Source of the DNA: Nostoc sp. PCC 7120 = FACHB-418
GTDB lineage: Bacteria > Cyanobacteriota > Cyanobacteriia > Cyanobacteriales > Nostocaceae
Direction: 5' to 3'
NCBI RefSeq assembly: GCF_000009705.1
Contig: NC_003272.1
Span: 2,790,001-2,822,000, forward strand
DNA: 32,000 nucleotides
Shown piece after piece: positions 28,434 through 32,000 of the stretch; position 1 is the stretch's first letter, and each line of letters starts with the position of its first letter. The notes below the pieces were generated by a model. The model searched no databases, was not told where the DNA came from, and saw only the letters and a list, made by a program, of their open reading frames with translations. The translations under genes and the position numbers were made by a program.

Positions 28434-30689
28434 ATGGGGCGATTTGAGAAGCGACCAGACAACGACCCGCGAGTCCGAGGCGAGTTATCCAGGGCAGCAG
28501 AAACAGCTCTATGGGCTGTTGTGGAAGATTTAGAAAGTCTACAGCAGAATGTCCTCAGATCATTTCAGGAAGAAATCAAAAAACTACAGACAGAAAAAGA
28601 CCGTTTAACAGATGAAGTTCAGCAGCTAATTGAAGAAAAAGAACATTTACAAGAGGTACGGCGGATTACAGAGCAGCAAGTATTAATCCGTCAATTGTCA
28701 GAAGCTTTAGCCAAGCACATCTGTTCTCAATTGCAATCATCACTAGCGAAAATAGCCAACCAAACAGAGAGCCAAATAGCTGCTCTCAAGTCAGCCCAAA
28801 GCATCGGCCCTGCTATCGAGAACAATGAGCAGGTAGAAAAAATGCTGGGTAGTCTAGACGATAACCTGACGATCGCCTTTAATTCTCTCCAACAAGAACT
28901 CAAAAACTACCAAAGTAATCTCTCCCAGCAGTTGTCTCGAATGTATAACCAACAGCAGCAAGGAGAAACAATTGTCGAAGAGTTAATTGATCGTCTACGT
29001 GGGGAATTGACAAGAGCTATCCAAGAAACATCAACAGCGAAAGCTCAGTTATCCCCGCCAACGGTGTTGCAGCCTCCAGAACTACAACCCCCAAGCTCTC
29101 CGGTGGTAGTGAATTTATCACCACCTACGGTATTGCAATTTCCTGATCAACAATCGCCCAATCCTTTACAAGCATCTACACCATTAGAGGAGACTAGCAC
29201 TACCAAGCCATCGGTTAGTATTACTCCTCCTGAGAAATCAACACCAGTAACAATAGTTCCACCACCCCAGGAAACACGACCAGAAACAAAGTCTGTCATC
29301 CCCAAGGTGTCACCAGACAGCGAGACGAAATTACAATCATCTCAGGAAAAAGCTGCTGAACCAAGTTCTGTAATTAACAGAGAATTATCTGCGGGTGCGG
29401 CTAAATCTCCACTAACTCCAGAAAAACCTCCTGAGCCAATTTCTACAAGTAAAACGAAGTTCTCACCCTCCTCAGAAAAACCTCCTGAGCCGATTTCTAC
29501 AAGTAAAACTAAGTTCTCACCCTCCTCAGAAAAACCTCCTGAGCCAGTTTCTGTACTCAGTCGAGATTCATCGGCAAGTAAAGCTTCAACTCCTCCGCCT
29601 GCACCAGTAGTCAGACGGGGATCAACACCTTCCTCATCAAGATCACGTAAATCATCTAACTTGTCACCAGTCCAAGTGGGTTTTTTGTTGGTAGTGTTGT
29701 CCACGGTGATGACAGCGTTATACAACGTAGTCCTGAAGGGGATGTTCTATAAAACTTCTCAACTCTCCGCAATGCTGGAAGTGGCGGGGTTAATCTCGCC
29801 GACCTTGGGAAATATTATGTTAATTCTGACTTTGCGGTTAATGGTGGTTGTACCACTAATGATACTTTTAGCACCCATGATGTATCCGCAAGTGTGGCAG
29901 GATTTGCAAAACCTGAAGCAATCATTAGGCAATAATCAGTCTGGAAGTCGTTCTCAGCCACAGAGATTTGTCCAGTTAATGTTTGCTAGTGGCTGCTTTT
30001 TGTTTTTATCGCAAGTTCTGATTTATCTGGCCATTGGTCAAGTCCCCACCGGAGTGGCGATCGCCCTTTTCTTTGTCTATCCACTGATCAACGGGGTGTT
30101 ATCCTGGCTTCTGTTCCGCGATCGCCCCGGTGTATTTCGCGCTAGTGCGATCGGCGCTATTTTCTGTGGTGAGGTGCTAGTTTTTGCGGGAGCAACCAGC
30201 ACTGGTATAGGAACTACTCCCCTTGGTAGCATCACCGCAATTCTTGCTGGTGCAGCCTTTGCTTGTTACCTCATCCTGACCCGCGTATGTGCGGCTAAAG
30301 TCCATCCAGTATCTTTGTCTTTGATTAACTTCGTCACCATGTTGGGGTTGAGTTTTATCTTCTTGATGATACCGTTACCGGAAAACTGGAGCTTAGTTGT
30401 TGACCCTTCTAAGTTACTGGAAATTGTGTTAAGTGCTTTTATTTTGGGTGCTTTAACTCTATTGAGCTATGTATTTAGCCATATTGGGATCAATAAATTA
30501 GGTGGGTTGCGGTCAGCTATTATTAGTGCAAGTGTACCTATTTTGACAGTAATTCTTGCTGGTTTGGTACTTCAAGAAACTTTAAACATTGCCCAAATAT
30601 TCGGAGTTTTATTCGTCACTTTTGGGGCAATTGCTTTTGGTATTGGCAAAATACAAAATCCCAACAAACCTGCCAATGCAGAAGGTTAA
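28434..30689 (+). CDS. sepJ: septal junction protein SepJ (FraG): coiled-coil domain, Pro/Ser/Thr-rich linker, DMT/EamA-type permease domain
   Basis: 751 aa. N-terminal heptad-rich about 200 aa, P/S/T-rich linker to about aa 410, and a C-terminal 9-10 TM EamA-like permease. It lies immediately upstream of hetR. Length, architecture and position match the published SepJ/FraG (alr2338, from memory). Confidence 0.88.
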   Translation: MGRFEKRPDNDPRVRGELSRAAETALWAVVEDLESLQQNVLRSFQEEIKKLQTEKDRLTDEVQQLIEEKEHLQEVRRITEQQVLIRQLSEALAKHICSQLQSSLAKIANQTESQIAALKSAQSIGPAIENNEQVEKMLGSLDDNLTIAFNSLQQELKNYQSNLSQQLSRMYNQQQQGETIVEELIDRLRGELTRAIQETSTAKAQLSPPTVLQPPELQPPSSPVVVNLSPPTVLQFPDQQSPNPLQASTPLEETSTTKPSVSITPPEKSTPVTIVPPPQETRPETKSVIPKVSPDSETKLQSSQEKAAEPSSVINRELSAGAAKSPLTPEKPPEPISTSKTKFSPSSEKPPEPISTSKTKFSPSSEKPPEPVSVLSRDSSASKASTPPPAPVVRRGSTPSSSRSRKSSNLSPVQVGFLLVVLSTVMTALYNVVLKGMFYKTSQLSAMLEVAGLISPTLGNIMLILTLRLMVVVPLMILLAPMMYPQVWQDLQNLKQSLGNNQSGSRSQPQRFVQLMFASGCFLFLSQVLIYLAIGQVPTGVAIALFFVYPLINGVLSWLLFRDRPGVFRASAIGAIFCGEVLVFAGATSTGIGTTPLGSITAILAGAAFACYLILTRVCAAKVHPVSLSLINFVTMLGLSFIFLMIPLPENWSLVVDPSKLLEIVLSAFILGALTLLSYVFSHIGINKLGGLRSAIISASVPILTVILAGLVLQETLNIAQIFGVLFVTFGAIAFGIGKIQNPNKPANAEG
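29421..29555 (+). repeat. 54-bp tandem repeat x2.5 in the sepJ linker (18-aa unit EKPPEPISTSKTKFSPSS)
   Basis: Units at 29421..29474 and 29475..29528 differ at 3 positions. A partial third unit runs 29529..29555. Confidence 0.95.
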
Positions 30690-31328
30690 ACCCTTATGAC
30701 AAAGGACTTATAATCAAAACAAATGTTTGGTCACTTAGGTAGCAGGAAGAGAATAATTAATAACTCTGGACTTCTGGCTCAGTAGTCATAATGGCTTAAT
30801 GTCAGCAAACCTTGATTTTTCCATGGAAAAACCATTGGTTATTCATCAATCCTGGAAATTTTTAGCAAAAGAAAAGTTAAGAGTAGATTAATTCATGCAA
30901 TTTTAATAATATGACAGATAAATATAGAATATTATGTTGTGAGGAAATAAAAGGTATTGCTAAGTTGGAATTACCTGTCTTATTTAGCGTCTATAATTTT
31001 CCCTCCAGCCAACGACCTACACTGCCATAAGAGCAAAAAAATTGTCAGCATCTCGGCAGATAAGAACGCTCTATTGATTCAATGGGCGTTAGTGAGTTTG
31101 GCGTAGTCGGCAGGTGACTTTTTCAAAAAATCACTTCCTGTTATTTCTGGAAATAATCGGTCAGCATCTGAGTAAAATTACTCAGGAATAGAGTATTCAC
31201 CTCAAGGAGAGATTGTGCGATTATAATCTCCCATTGTTGGCCGTTGTGTTGCTATCTCCTAAATCCGGGTGCAGCCCAAAAGTCTTAAAAATAGCAAATT
31301 TATTGACGCTATTAAAGAGCAGATAAGT

Positions 31329-31358
31329 TCCGGATAATAGGGAAAGTCCTTGTAGGTT
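31329..31358 (+). promoter_or_regulatory. hetR heterocyst-specific promoter: DIF1 motif TCCGGA plus -10 TAGGTT
   Basis: TCCGGA 31329..31334, 18-nt spacer, TAGGTT 31353..31358. The predicted TSS is about 31365-31367, that is about -271 relative to the hetR ATG. This agrees with the published -271 TSS (from memory). Confidence 0.75.
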
Positions 31359-31613
31359 ACTTATTAGAACCATAAAGTTCGCCAGTAATTGACAAATGTT
31401 ATAAATGAGGAAATTCTGGCAGTTATTTTGTGATTTTTCGGTAAGATACAAGCACGTCTAGTAACAACACTGTTGCTAGTTATATGCCATAAATTACGGA
31501 GGAATGAGCATCTTGACCATTAATCGACTTTTATTTAAAACATCATAAGCATTTTGGTGTCACAATCTCACCCCCCTATGGGTGTATACCAACTACTTTT
31601 TTTAGACTAATAA

Positions 31614-32000
<387 letters not shown>

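Noticed and set aside
29342-29725. 127-aa minus-strand ORF with a GSGGFSEEGEN repeat, antisense to sepJ.
   Set aside because: It is the mirror image of the 54-bp tandem repeat in the sepJ linker. It stays open only because the repeat lacks stop codons on the opposite strand.
30785-30804. Direct GTCA...GTCA repeat upstream of hetR, considered as a possible NrrA site. Also GTCT-N8-GTCT near 30976.
   Set aside because: The GTCA spacing is 12 nt, whereas the consensus I recall is GTCA-N8-GTCA. The N8 pair is GTCT and lies downstream of the distal TSSs. My memory of the consensus is also not firm.
31504-31548. 14-codon upstream ORF (MSILTINRLLFKTS) in the hetR leader, directly preceded by GGAGGA.
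   Set aside because: The Shine-Dalgarno-like GGAGG ends only 1 nt before the ATG, which is too close for canonical initiation. With no way to test conservation, I treat it as chance.

Overview
This window looks like chromosomal DNA from a heterocyst-forming Nostoc/Anabaena. It has more than 20 HIP1 octamers (GCGATCGC), several STRR-type heptanucleotide arrays, and a gene order that matches my memory of Anabaena/Nostoc sp. PCC 7120 from about all2315 to alr2339 (locus tags from memory, not checked). Gene order left to right: ilvC (edge-truncated), aldo/keto reductase, SNase-like nuclease, Tab2-like protein, glnB (PII), a tail-anchored coiled-coil protein, gloA, clpB, htpG, an ATPase-less GspE/PilB-like protein, a Crp-family regulator, an M61 peptidase, apcF, glnA, gifA (IF7), a ferritin-like di-iron protein, a 77-aa RGTGR peptide gene (PatX-like), an FAD oxidoreductase, a Ser/Thr kinase, a Zn-ADH, a PiT phosphate transporter, sepJ/fraG, and the first 121 codons of hetR (edge-truncated, absent from the ORF track). 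Two regulatory modules can be read directly from the DNA. (1) Nitrogen control: a canonical NtcA box in activator position upstream of glnA, and another in repressor position over the gifA promoter. (2) Heterocyst patterning and multicellularity: patX-like, sepJ and hetR lie within 11 kb, and the only two intergenic TCCGGA (DIF1) motifs I found sit at -35-like positions upstream of the RGTGR ORF and of hetR. I saw no rRNA, tRNA, CRISPR, transposase, phage or defence-island genes. I cannot show a wholly new multi-gene system. The most system-like and most easily missed element is the small RGTGR-peptide gene with its DIF1 promoter. Other items worth a second look are a heptanucleotide array inside the PiT coding sequence, the 54-bp tandem repeat in the sepJ linker, the ATPase-less GspE-like protein, and several MITE-like repeats. 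All coordinates were counted by hand from the printed sequence.
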